Shown here one piece after another: positions 17,868 to 27,420 of a DNA stretch of 64,000 nt. The stretch comes from a candidate division FCPU426 bacterium (GTDB lineage: Bacteria; Oederibacteriota; Muellerivitia; Muellerivitales; Muellerivitaceae). The position numbers were made by a program, and so were the translations under genes. Location of the stretch: contig CAWKAR010000027.1 of assembly GCA_963847625.1 (NCBI GenBank), positions 128,001 through 192,000 on the forward strand, written 5' to 3'. The first letter of the stretch is position 1, and each line of letters starts with the position of its first letter. The notes under the pieces are model-generated. The model ran no database searches. It was not told where the DNA came from and worked only from the letters and a program-made list of their open reading frames with translations.

Positions 17868-20120
17868 TCAATTGTTCCGAGGGGCTGGGGCTCTTTCTGG
17901 GTTTTTTGCCAAACTTTGCCAGTACTTTGAAAAAGGATAAAGCCTGACCGTTTCGGCCAACGACCGGCTGGCTTCAAGACGGTCGCCCCGGCGTGCGGCT
18001 TCCACAAATGATATAGCCGGAGTGGAAAGAAACAAAAAAGGATCAACCGCGGATAAATCCCTTTTCAATTTCAGTTCCGGCCTGATCTGGTAAACCGCCA
18101 AACCGTCCTTTGAATACAGGATGTCCAAGCCCGATGAAAAATATTCGTCAAAAAGCCGCCATTGGCTTGAGGTCAAATTATAGTTTGGATATTGCGAATT
18201 CATGCCGATGCCGCCGGGAACATTGACGACAATATGGGTGAATCCGGCTTCCCGGATTTTTAATTGAACTTCGTTCAAATCTTTGGCATGGCTGAAAAGG
18301 GAGGCTAGAAAAGGCGTTTCGTATCCCAAATCCAAATAAAAGGAGCGTGAATAATAGGCCCCGCGTCCATCACCCGCGATTAACACCTTTGAATCCACCG
18401 GCAACTCGTCCGAGACAAACCGGCAGGCCGGATAATAAGAATCAGCCATGACCCGGCTTAGATATTCATCGTGGGATTCCCTTCCGGCCCAGACGTCCCA
18501 TCCCGAATAATAAATCGCGCTCATCCCGGTTAAATAGGGAAAACAAAGTAAAGCCGAGAGAGAGGCAATGGAAAAAGCCGCCCTTGTCAACCAAGGGTTT
18601 TCAACCCGGCATAAAACGGCGGAACCCAGAATATAAATGAATAGGATTTCCGGAAGGTGGAATTTCAATATGCTTGATACGGCCAAATCGGCAAAGCCCA
18701 ACAGCAAAGCCGTCCAGACAGCCCACCGCCATTCAGCCTTTCTGAACCGGATTAAAAACAGCGCTGGAACCATCACCAACAACAGGGGCCCGGCAAATCC
18801 AAAGAGGCTTGGTTTGGACATCAACAAAGTCCAAGGTAATTTCCACTTGCTTCCAAGTTCCGCACTAAAACCGGAGGCCTCAAGTATCCATTGGGAAGCC
18901 TGCTGTGAAATTTGTCGTCCCCCGATCCAATGGCCAAAATAGGGATAAAAGGGATTGGCGGTATAGGTCCAGTTTTTAAACAGCCAGATCCCGGGAATTC
19001 CTAAAAGTAATAATACAAGCCCAAGGAAGAGGTGTTTTTTCTCACATATTGTTTCCCGATTTTTTTGAAAAAAAAGATAAACCAATAATCCGATGATCAC
19101 TCCCAAAACAGATATATATTTAATCGCCAACGTCATTCCGCCGCACAAACCCGTCAGCCATAACAAAGGTTTTAATTTATCAGGCTGATTTTCAGTGGAA
19201 AGGCGATATAAGCCATGAAAGTAGTGAATGAAAAATAACGTCAAAAGCCCCTCGATTTGGGAGGTCCAAGAAACCAGGTTCAAGAGCGGCAAAGTCAGGG
19301 TTAAGCCAAAGGCAAGCCATCCCGCATTTTGTCCACCCGCTTTTCGGGCCCAACCCCCGGCCGCAAGCGCGCAGACGCCTAAAACCATTACGTTTAACAA
19401 TTTGGCCGCTTCGGAGCCCTGGATTAAAAAACCCGTAAAGAAAAACAATTCACCACCATAGGGAAAACCCGAAAGGGGCTGGGACGGGAAGTCCGCCACC
19501 CCATGCATCCTCAACCAGTAGTTTGGTGTACCCAAGTGATAAACCAAACCGTCCACATGAACTTCGGGTAAAAAACCGTGCAAAAAAGAAAAACCAAAAT
19601 AGATCAAGGAGATGATGCAAAGAAAAATAGGTAATTTATCTTTCGGCAATGGGATTATGAATATGCCTGACGACGGCTTTTTTTTAAGAAAAGCCGCCAG
19701 CAGGATTAATAAGAAAACCGATTTCAAGAAAGATTCGAACCATAAATGAACTAACCCGAGTCCCAGCCATAAAAACGAAAGCGCTAAAACGCCCAGCGAA
19801 AATTCCGCCGAAAAATCCAGCCAGGAGTCCTCCAATTCAATCTGGAGCCATTCCCGGAATTTCCGCCCTATAAAAACCGTCAACCAGCTGATGGCCAAAG
19901 CGGTGAAAAAAATCCAAACGGAACGCCCCCCGTTTTTAAACCCTTGTGAAAAAGAAAAGGTATGCCCCGAATGACTGCTAAAAGCCGACCTTAATAGCCC
20001 TGGAAAGTCCGCCGGAAAGGGAAAATAGCGGTAAAAAACAAAAACAGTCCAGGCCAAAAGGACAAGAGCGATGGACCCGTTTATTTTTTTATTCGAAAAA
20101 ACAAAAGAAGAATTTTCCAA
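17868..20120 (-). CDS. Multi-pass ArnT/PMT-like (GT-C) glycosyltransferase
   Basis: Many TM helices; DGLVYHL..P, K in AIKY, W..KNW.YT.NPFYP patterns. Confidence 0.7.
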   Translation of the reverse strand: MENSSFVFSNKKINGSIALVLLAWTVFVFYRYFPFPADFPGLLRSAFSSHSGHTFSFSQGFKNGGRSVWIFFTALAISWLTVFIGRKFREWLQIELEDSWLDFSAEFSLGVLALSFLWLGLGLVHLWFESFLKSVFLLILLAAFLKKKPSSGIFIIPLPKDKLPIFLCIISLIYFGFSFLHGFLPEVHVDGLVYHLGTPNYWLRMHGVADFPSQPLSGFPYGGELFFFTGFLIQGSEAAKLLNVMVLGVCALAAGGWARKAGGQNAGWLAFGLTLTLPLLNLVSWTSQIEGLLTLFFIHYFHGLYRLSTENQPDKLKPLLWLTGLCGGMTLAIKYISVLGVIIGLLVYLFFQKNRETICEKKHLFLGLVLLLLGIPGIWLFKNWTYTANPFYPYFGHWIGGRQISQQASQWILEASGFSAELGSKWKLPWTLLMSKPSLFGFAGPLLLVMVPALFLIRFRKAEWRWAVWTALLLGFADLAVSSILKFHLPEILFIYILGSAVLCRVENPWLTRAAFSIASLSALLCFPYLTGMSAIYYSGWDVWAGRESHDEYLSRVMADSYYPACRFVSDELPVDSKVLIAGDGRGAYYSRSFYLDLGYETPFLASLFSHAKDLNEVQLKIREAGFTHIVVNVPGGIGMNSQYPNYNLTSSQWRLFDEYFSSGLDILYSKDGLAVYQIRPELKLKRDLSAVDPFLFLSTPAISFVEAARRGDRLEASRSLAETVRLYPFSKYWQSLAKNPERAPAPRNN

Positions 20121-20512
20121 CGTTTAATCCTTAGTCAAATATAAAATTCACAAACACCCTACCATAAGGCCTTCTTGAATAGAGATTGAGCATCAACTGC
20201 CAATTTTGTTAAAAGCCGGGATCCGGAGACCCCGGGTTTTTTGCGAAAATGAGGAAAAATAAATGTGACAAGAACAAATTTGCCCTTGAAAAATAGAAAA
20301 GAGTAAAAAAATTGGAATGACTTTGCCTCAAAAAGCCGGAAAAAGAAAAATTTATGAGAATTCCGCCCAATTATAACAAATGTCGTTTTTTCGTCTTGAA
20401 GAATAATTTTTCGGGGCTCCTTTCACTTTTGAATAGTGTCAAGGAACTTGATTGGTTATTCTCTTTTTGTTTTGGGCAGGTTTCGACCAACTATTTTTTG
20501 GGAGAGAGAAAA

Positions 20513-21841
20513 ATGAACTATTTCAGGTTTTTATCCCCAATATTCAAACGAATTTCCGTTTGCCTTGGCGCGGGGGCGGTTTTCTTTATCAATGGGACCG
20601 GAGCTTTCGCTCAAGCGAATAGCCCGGCACCCAGCGCCATTAATTCGGGTGACACGGCCTGGGTCCTGGCCTCCGCGGCCCTGGTCATGCTGATGACGCC
20701 CGGCTTGGGGCTTTTTTACGGCGGAATGGTGCGCCGGAAAAACGTCCTGGCGACCATCATGCAAAGTTTTTTCCTGGTGGCCCTGATCGGTGTCCAGTGG
20801 GTGGTTTGGGGTTATTCATTGGCATTCAGCCCCGGGAACAACTTTGTGGGTGGGCTTTCTTGGACCATGCTTAATGGTATCGGAGCGGTCAATCCTAGCG
20901 CACCGACCATCCCCCACTACGCCTTCATCCTGTTCCAGGCCATGTTCGCCATCATCACTCCTGCCCTTATCACGGGGGCCTTCGCGGAAAGGGTCAAGTT
21001 CAGCGGATTCATCCTCTTCTCTCTCCTTTGGGCCACATTCATATACGACCCCATCGCGCACTGGGTTTGGGGCGGGGGCTATTGGGCCCAAAAGGGAGGA
21101 CTCGATTTCGCTGGGGGAGCTGTCGTGCATATCAGCGCCGGTTTCTCAGCGCTTGCGATGGCTCTTCTAGCCAGCAAACGGAAGGGTTACGGGACGGTCC
21201 TCATGGTGCCCCATAACATGACCATGGTGTTGACCGGGGCGGGCCTCCTTTGGTTCGGCTGGTTCGGGTTCAACTCGGGTTCGGCTCTGGGGGCCAACAC
21301 CCAAGCTTGCACGGCCTTCCTAGCCACCAACACTGCGGGCGCCGTCGCCACACTGGTTTGGTGCTTGATTGAGACCATTCACCGCAGAAAGCCCACCGCG
21401 TTCGGAGCCGCCTCCGGAGCCATCGCGGGCCTGGCCGCGGTGACTCCCGCCGCGGGTTACGTGGATATGAGTGGAGCCCTTTGCATCGGAGCCCTGGCGA
21501 GCCTGCTTTGTTATGGGGCCATCCTGTTCAAGATGAAATTGGGTTATGACGACTCCCTGGACGCCTTTGGCATCCATGGCGTGGGAGGTTTTTGGGGGGT
21601 CCTGGCCCTGGGTCTTTGGGCCAATCCCCTCATCGGCGGCAAGGCCGGGTATTTATACGGGAACGCCGGCCAATTCACCATCCAGTTTCTCATGGCGGTA
21701 TCCACCGCTTTGTATTCCTTTATCGGCACGGTTATACTGTTCCAGCTGGTGGAAAAGACAATCGGATTTCGGGCCAGCGAGAGGGAACAAGACCTCGGCC
21801 TCGACCTATCCCAACATGGTGAGGAAGGCTATAACAGTTAA
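20513..21841 (+). CDS. amtB: Ammonium transporter, second paralog
   Basis: Same Amt motifs as copy 1; ATG 20513 with GGAGAG RBS. Confidence 0.96.
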   Translation: MNYFRFLSPIFKRISVCLGAGAVFFINGTGAFAQANSPAPSAINSGDTAWVLASAALVMLMTPGLGLFYGGMVRRKNVLATIMQSFFLVALIGVQWVVWGYSLAFSPGNNFVGGLSWTMLNGIGAVNPSAPTIPHYAFILFQAMFAIITPALITGAFAERVKFSGFILFSLLWATFIYDPIAHWVWGGGYWAQKGGLDFAGGAVVHISAGFSALAMALLASKRKGYGTVLMVPHNMTMVLTGAGLLWFGWFGFNSGSALGANTQACTAFLATNTAGAVATLVWCLIETIHRRKPTAFGAASGAIAGLAAVTPAAGYVDMSGALCIGALASLLCYGAILFKMKLGYDDSLDAFGIHGVGGFWGVLALGLWANPLIGGKAGYLYGNAGQFTIQFLMAVSTALYSFIGTVILFQLVEKTIGFRASEREQDLGLDLSQHGEEGYNS

Positions 21842-22072
21842 GATTGTTAAAAAATATTACCTCGAAGTTTTTCCGGCTGCCAAGGCCCGGATTTGCCCGG
21901 GGCCTAGCCGTGTACTTGGGCGGGGTCCCATTCCCCACCCAAGTGGCGGCCTGAAAGCACTGCCCTTCGCTGCGGTGCGAAGGGCGTCCCTTGACATCCT
22001 GATCACAGGGGAAGCGGGAAACGACAGGGTTTTGATAAAAGGCTTAACCTACAGACAAAAAGGGGGATCCAC

Positions 22073-22408
22073 ATGAAACGAATCGAAGCCATTATCCGTC
22101 CCGGCGCGCTGAGGGCGGTCATGGACGGCCTGAAAGCCGTTGGTTATTCGGGCTTAACCGTCACGGACGTTCACGGCCACGGCAAACAAAGGGGCGTGAC
22201 CGAGCATTACCGCGGGCAAAGCGTGGAAGGCCTTCTTCCCAAACTGCTGGTCACCACGGTGGTGAAGGACAAGGAAGTCCAGAAAGTCGTGAAGATCATC
22301 ATGACCACCACCCAAACCGGCGAGATCGGGGATGGAAAGATATTCATTTCACCCGTGGCCAACGTGATCCGCATCCGAACCGGTGAAAAGGGCGAAAAGG
22401 CCCTTTAA
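22073..22408 (+). CDS. glnK: P-II nitrogen regulator, second paralog
   Basis: MKRIEAIIRP, GHGKQRG, TGEIGDGKIF, IRIRTGE. Confidence 0.93.
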   Translation: MKRIEAIIRPGALRAVMDGLKAVGYSGLTVTDVHGHGKQRGVTEHYRGQSVEGLLPKLLVTTVVKDKEVQKVVKIIMTTTQTGEIGDGKIFISPVANVIRIRTGEKGEKAL

Positions 22409-22987
22409 TGGTGGTTTTCAAAAAGTCCTGTTGGAATCGCGGGCAGGGGAAACACCCCATGGCGGATTGTTCCAAGGTAGCCGGAACCTCAAGATCGATA
22501 TAAATGGGTTTTATGACGTTGATATTTCCCGTGGTGAGCCTGTTCTCGGAATTTTGCACAAAAAATTCAAATAATGGTTGACTACGATCCGGATAGAATG
22601 GATCGGATACAGCAATTTCTATTTAAATCTTGCAAAAGGTCGTTATGTATTTTTGGTGTAATTCCGCCCAGATTCGCGATAAAGCAGTCAGGGAAATCGC
22701 GACTTCTCCTTTTTTCTTAAAAGCATTATTGAAAGAGTGGCATGAGCTGAAATGATTTATGGGCAGATTCTCTTAAATCGTTATAAGAATTTTGACATGA
22801 CTGATAGAAATTTTTTCTTTTAGCTTCCTATAAATGTATTCCCTATGGAATTTCCTAGTTCTTCATTTTAGAATGCTCTGTCAAAAAGTTAACGCTTAGA
22901 ATGATTAAAATATCTAAGTTTAAACCATCATATTGATCACTGGGACGCGCGATTCCCAGCCAACTTATCAATCCGGGTTTTAACCAA

Positions 22988-24019
22988 GTGAGGAGTCACA
23001 GGGTGGCGACTATAAAAGACGTGGCGAAAAAAGCCGGTGTAACGATTGGAACCGTTTCCAGGGTTTTAAACAACAAAAAATGGGTTAGCGACGATTGCAA
23101 GGAAAAAGTTTTAGCGGCCATCAACGACCTCCATTACAAACCCCAGGCACACGCGAGGCGGCTTCGCCAGAAAGGGTCCCGTATTTTGGGGGTTATCGCC
23201 CCCCATCATACGGCCTTGTTCAGCAGTCCCTTCTTCACCAACATCATGGAGGGGATCGAGGAAGTGGCGGCCGAGCACCAATACCGGCTCTTGTTACACC
23301 CTTTGAACGAGACAGCCCGGGCGCAGGTTTCCTACCGGATCCTCCTGGGGGACGGAAGCGTGGACGGCATGTTCGTCCTGAATTCCTGGTCCAACGACGC
23401 TTCCATCCGGGAACTGATCGAAGCCAATGTCCCATTCGTCCTCATCAACGGAAAGATCACGGGCAAGGAAGAGCTGCCCTACGTGGGCTTGAACAACCGG
23501 TGCGGCGTTTTCAAGGCCATCGCCTATTTGAAAGACCTGGGCCATGAAAGAATCGGCATGATCAACGGAAAAATGACCACGACCAACGCCTTGGAACGCT
23601 TCCAGGCCTTTCAGGAAGCCCTAGCCGAGAACAAGATGGATTTCGAGAGGGATTGGATCGGCGACGGGGATTTCGAGGAAGAGGGAGGGTTCAAAGCCTG
23701 CCTGCAGATCATGAAATCCATCCGTAAACCCAGCGCCATCCTTTGCGCCAACGACCTCATGGCCATGGGGGCCATCCGAGCTTTGAAATCAATGGGCCTG
23801 ATGGTTCCCTCGAACATTTCCATCGTGGGGTTTGACGATATGGAGAAGGCGACGTATAACGAACCCGCCCTGACCACCGTTTCCTATTCCCCTTTTGAGA
23901 TGGGGAAAAAGGCGGCCCAGAAGATGTTCCAGTTGGTCGCCGGGGAAAAGCTCTCGGAAATAACCACCTTCCTGGAATCCAAGCTGATCGAGAGGGATTC
24001 CACCCGGAAGATTAATTAG
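22988..24019 (+). CDS. LacI-family transcriptional regulator
   Basis: TIKDVAKKAGVTIGTVSRVLN HTH; NDLMAMG, SIVGFDD, PALTTV. Confidence 0.95.
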   Translation: MRSHRVATIKDVAKKAGVTIGTVSRVLNNKKWVSDDCKEKVLAAINDLHYKPQAHARRLRQKGSRILGVIAPHHTALFSSPFFTNIMEGIEEVAAEHQYRLLLHPLNETARAQVSYRILLGDGSVDGMFVLNSWSNDASIRELIEANVPFVLINGKITGKEELPYVGLNNRCGVFKAIAYLKDLGHERIGMINGKMTTTNALERFQAFQEALAENKMDFERDWIGDGDFEEEGGFKACLQIMKSIRKPSAILCANDLMAMGAIRALKSMGLMVPSNISIVGFDDMEKATYNEPALTTVSYSPFEMGKKAAQKMFQLVAGEKLSEITTFLESKLIERDSTRKIN

Positions 24020-24045
24020 CTTAAATAGGGTTTAATCATTGTTTT

Positions 24046-24070
24046 AAAAAGCCCCCTTGAGGGGTTTTTT
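24046..24070. terminator. Intrinsic terminator-like hairpin
   Basis: AAAAAGCCCCCTTGAGGGGTTTTTT just after the LacI gene. Confidence 0.6.
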
Positions 24071-24119
24071 AATTTCCCCAGAAAAACCTAACATAAGAAT
24101 CCATGGGGTCGAAAAAAGC

Positions 24120-25907
24120 ATGAAGGAAATCCGGTACTTCCTAACTTTATTAACTTTTCTATTGGGGACAGTGGGTTGGGCCCAAGATCTCAATTCGCTT
24201 TCTTCCAATAGTTCCCAAGTTGTCTCGGCCGAGGGGTTTCCTTCCTTGAAACCGGTTCACTCAGGAGAATCTTTCAAGTTGGCGGTGAAACTTGTCATTC
24301 GAGAAGGATGGCATGTGAACGCCCACAACGGGCTTCCCGAATTTTTCATTCCCGCCGAACTTTCCTTCGGATCGGGGATGCCCGCATCCCTCCTTTCTCC
24401 CGTACTCTATCCCCTCGGTGTTCCAAAGGCATTAGGAGGAATCGACAAGCCTTTTCCGGTTTACGAAAAGGAAGCGGTGTTTTACGCTGAAATCAGATTA
24501 AACGAGGGGATAAAACCCGGAACCCTCGTAATACCACTCCAACTGCAAGTCCAGGCTTGCAATGACCGCGTCTGCCTGGCTCCCGCCACCCTACCAGTGA
24601 AGGTATCCCTGGAAATTGCGGGACTCAACCAGCCGGTGGCTCCATACCATCCGGAACTTTTCAAAACGGTTCCAGAATCAACCGAATTCATTTCCGAGAA
24701 CATCATCGCCAAGTTCCTGAGGGAAAAGGGCATCTTCCTGACTTTCATCCTTATTTTCCTGGGGGGTCTGGCCTTGAACCTGACCCCTTGCGTTTATCCC
24801 ATGATCCCCATCACGGTTTCCTATTTTGGAAGCCAGAAAACGGAAAGCGCACCGGTCATCCTGGCCCGAGCCCTGGCCTATGTTATTGGGATTTCGGTGA
24901 CCTATTCCTCCCTGGGGGTGACGGCCGCCATGACCGGAAAGATCCTGGGTTCCACCCTGCAATCCCCCTGGGTGCTCTTAGGCATCTCCATTCTGCTGGT
25001 GACTTTGTCCCTTTCCATGTTCGGGCTTTACGAGATCCAGGCCCCGTCCTGGCTTTTAAACAAAGTGGCGGCGGGGAACAGCCAGGGCTGGATCGGGGCC
25101 TTGGTCATGGGCCTGGTTTTTGGCATCGTGGCCGCCCCCTGCGTGGACCCCTTTTCCATCGGCCTGCTGACTTATGTGGCCGCCAAGGCCAACCCCTACT
25201 TGGGTTTCCTCATGTTCTTCACGCTTTCCCTGGGGCTGGGGTTCCCTTACCTTTGGCTGGGATTCTTTTCCAATGAAATCCAACGGCTTCCCAAGTCGGG
25301 GATGTGGATGATTTGGGTCAAGAAGGTGTTCGGGATGGTACTTTTGGGAATGCCGCTTTATTTCCTCCATTCTTTGTTCCCGGGGGATTTCAGCCGTTAC
25401 GCAGTGCCGGCCTACCTGGCCCTGGCGGGGATTTTGCTGGGGTGGGTCTTTTCAGGCATCGGGGTCACTGGAGGGTTCAAGAAATTCCAGCGTTCCTTCG
25501 GAATGGCCCTCATCCTTTTCGGGATTTTCATTTATAAGGCCTGGCCACAGCCGATCGAACTGCCTTTTCAAAATTACGATTTAAGCTTGGTGCAAGAGGC
25601 CCAAAAGCAAAACAAGCAGGTTTTCATCGATTTCTCGGCTACCTGGTGCCTTCCCTGCAAGGAACTGGAGGTGAGGATATTTTCCGATCCCAAGATCCAC
25701 GAGGCGTTCCGATCCTGGGTCCTGTTGGAAGCGGACATGAGCCAATATTCCTCGGGGCCCGTGGAGGAATTAAAAAAGGATTACCACATCCTGGGGGTAC
25801 CCACGTTGATATTCCTCGGAGCAGATGGGAAGGAAAGGTCGGGACTGCGGACAGTCGGATTTATTCCTGTTTCCGAACTCCTGGAAAAAATCAATCAGGT
25901 CAAATAA
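24120..25907 (+). CDS. dsbD: Protein-disulfide reductase DsbD family
   Basis: QACNDRVC N-domain, LTPCVYPMIP and AAPC TM cysteines, WCLPC thioredoxin domain. Confidence 0.92.
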   Translation: MKEIRYFLTLLTFLLGTVGWAQDLNSLSSNSSQVVSAEGFPSLKPVHSGESFKLAVKLVIREGWHVNAHNGLPEFFIPAELSFGSGMPASLLSPVLYPLGVPKALGGIDKPFPVYEKEAVFYAEIRLNEGIKPGTLVIPLQLQVQACNDRVCLAPATLPVKVSLEIAGLNQPVAPYHPELFKTVPESTEFISENIIAKFLREKGIFLTFILIFLGGLALNLTPCVYPMIPITVSYFGSQKTESAPVILARALAYVIGISVTYSSLGVTAAMTGKILGSTLQSPWVLLGISILLVTLSLSMFGLYEIQAPSWLLNKVAAGNSQGWIGALVMGLVFGIVAAPCVDPFSIGLLTYVAAKANPYLGFLMFFTLSLGLGFPYLWLGFFSNEIQRLPKSGMWMIWVKKVFGMVLLGMPLYFLHSLFPGDFSRYAVPAYLALAGILLGWVFSGIGVTGGFKKFQRSFGMALILFGIFIYKAWPQPIELPFQNYDLSLVQEAQKQNKQVFIDFSATWCLPCKELEVRIFSDPKIHEAFRSWVLLEADMSQYSSGPVEELKKDYHILGVPTLIFLGADGKERSGLRTVGFIPVSELLEKINQVK

Positions 25908-25969
25908 CAGCTTGCCAAAAAAAATCTAAAAATCAAACGTAGAGAAATAATGCAGGTTATTGGAGAAGC

Positions 25970-26167
25970 TTAATCTTCCTCAACCAAGGCGAATTCACGG
26001 TGGTGGGAAAAACAGGAAGGGCATTTCTCGGGAAGACCGGTTTTGCGGTGGACCAACTGACCGCAGGTGAAACAACGCCATAAAAGCTCCCGCGAATCCG
26101 AGTTCGCGTCGTAGAGATAGTTGTGGAGGATTTTGATTTTAGATTCAAACTTTAAAGTGGTGGACAT
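25970..26167 (-). CDS. Small rubredoxin-like/zinc-ribbon protein
   Basis: WRCFTCG...PEKCPSC; GAGGGGG RBS. Confidence 0.7.
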   Translation of the reverse strand: MSTTLKFESKIKILHNYLYDANSDSRELLWRCFTCGQLVHRKTGLPEKCPSCFSHHREFALVEED

Positions 26168-26277
26168 ATAACACCCCCTCATTCAACCGCGAATATTATT
26201 TTACTTTCAAAAGGGAATGATGGGAAATTTTGGAATGTTAAATGAGGTTAAAAGGTTAACTTTTTATAATATCAAAC

Positions 26278-27330
26278 GCTGAATTCAACCAGTAAGTGCA
26301 ACACCTTGACTAAAGACCTGCTCCGGCGTTTTGAAACGAAGGCACTTGCGAGGACGATGGTTTAGGATCCGTTCCACGCGTCGTACATTCGCTGGGGTTA
26401 TAGTAGCAAAATCCGTTTTCTTGGGATAGAAGCGACGAACAAGACCTGCAGTATTTTCAACACAACCTTTCTCCCAACTGTGGAAGGGCAAACAAAAGAA
26501 TGAACGAGTGCCTGAAACACGATTCACCTGGAGATGTTCGACGTTTTCGGAGCCATTGTCGTATGTGATGGTACGGCGGAGGCCTTTTGAAATCCGAACC
26601 AACCGACGGTTGATTGCGGCTCTAGTGTGGAAAGCTGATTTTTGAGGTAGCCAAGCCAGTTTCACCAGACGACTTTTGCGCTCGACCATAACCAGAAGTG
26701 AGGGTTTGCTTTTCCGGGAGATGATGGTGTCGGCCTCCCAGTGCCCGAATTGCTGTCTTGTTTCAACGATAGCTGGTCGTTGGGTAATGGGAGTACGTTG
26801 AGGAATATGGCTTTTGCGATGTTTTTGAGTGTGCCAACGTCGCAAACGTTTTCGATGGGCCCGGGCTAGATGAGGAATGAGGTTTCGAGCTTCGCAGTAG
26901 ATGAATTGATAGATGGCTTCATGGGAAACGGAAAGTTTTGGTTTCTCCCGGCGAAGAAAACCGGCAATTTGCTCGGGCGAGAGTCCACGAGGTATTTCTC
27001 GCAGTACTAAACGGCGAATCTCAGGATTTTTAAGCCTTAAATGAGTACGTGAAAGACGGTTTCGGTGTTCTGCACGCATGTGAGCTCTGGCGGGCAGGTA
27101 GCGGCAAGATCGTATAGGAGGGGGCGTTGCGCTTCAGTTCTCGGGAAATGCTGGATACATCACGGCCCAGACGGCGTGCGATTTCCCGAAGGGAGAGGCC
27201 TTCAGCATTCCAAACTGAAATTTCTTCACGTTCGGCTAACGACAGATGCTTGTAGGATGATTTCATAGCACTTAGGATAACCCCCGGGTTCTGCCGGGTC
27301 TAAGTGTTGCACTTCGTTATTGAACTGGGG
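26278..27330 (-). mobile_element. IS30-family insertion sequence, copy 1 (transposase frameshifted)
   Basis: Imperfect TIRs with TTCAA...AAGTGCAACAC; 3-bp TSD AAC; GHWEADT, TYDNGSE, WEKGCVEN; one extra base in the G-run at ~27120 relative to copy 2. Confidence 0.93.
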
Positions 27331-27420
27331 AACGCATATATCTAACGGGTTTTAGGTTAAAACAAAAAATGGTTGTATGACAAAGTATAAGGAAATAAAA
27401 AGGCTGACCGGGATCTTAAA

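Noticed and set aside
20312..20327. Sigma54 promoter for amtB2
   Set aside because: TGGAATGACTTTGC has GG-N9-GC spacing, one base short of the strict requirement
21905..21950. FMN riboswitch (GGGCGGGGT...TTCCCCACC resemblance)
   Set aside because: Remaining conserved FMN segments are absent, the stretch folds as a simple hairpin, and the context (amtB-glnK) does not fit
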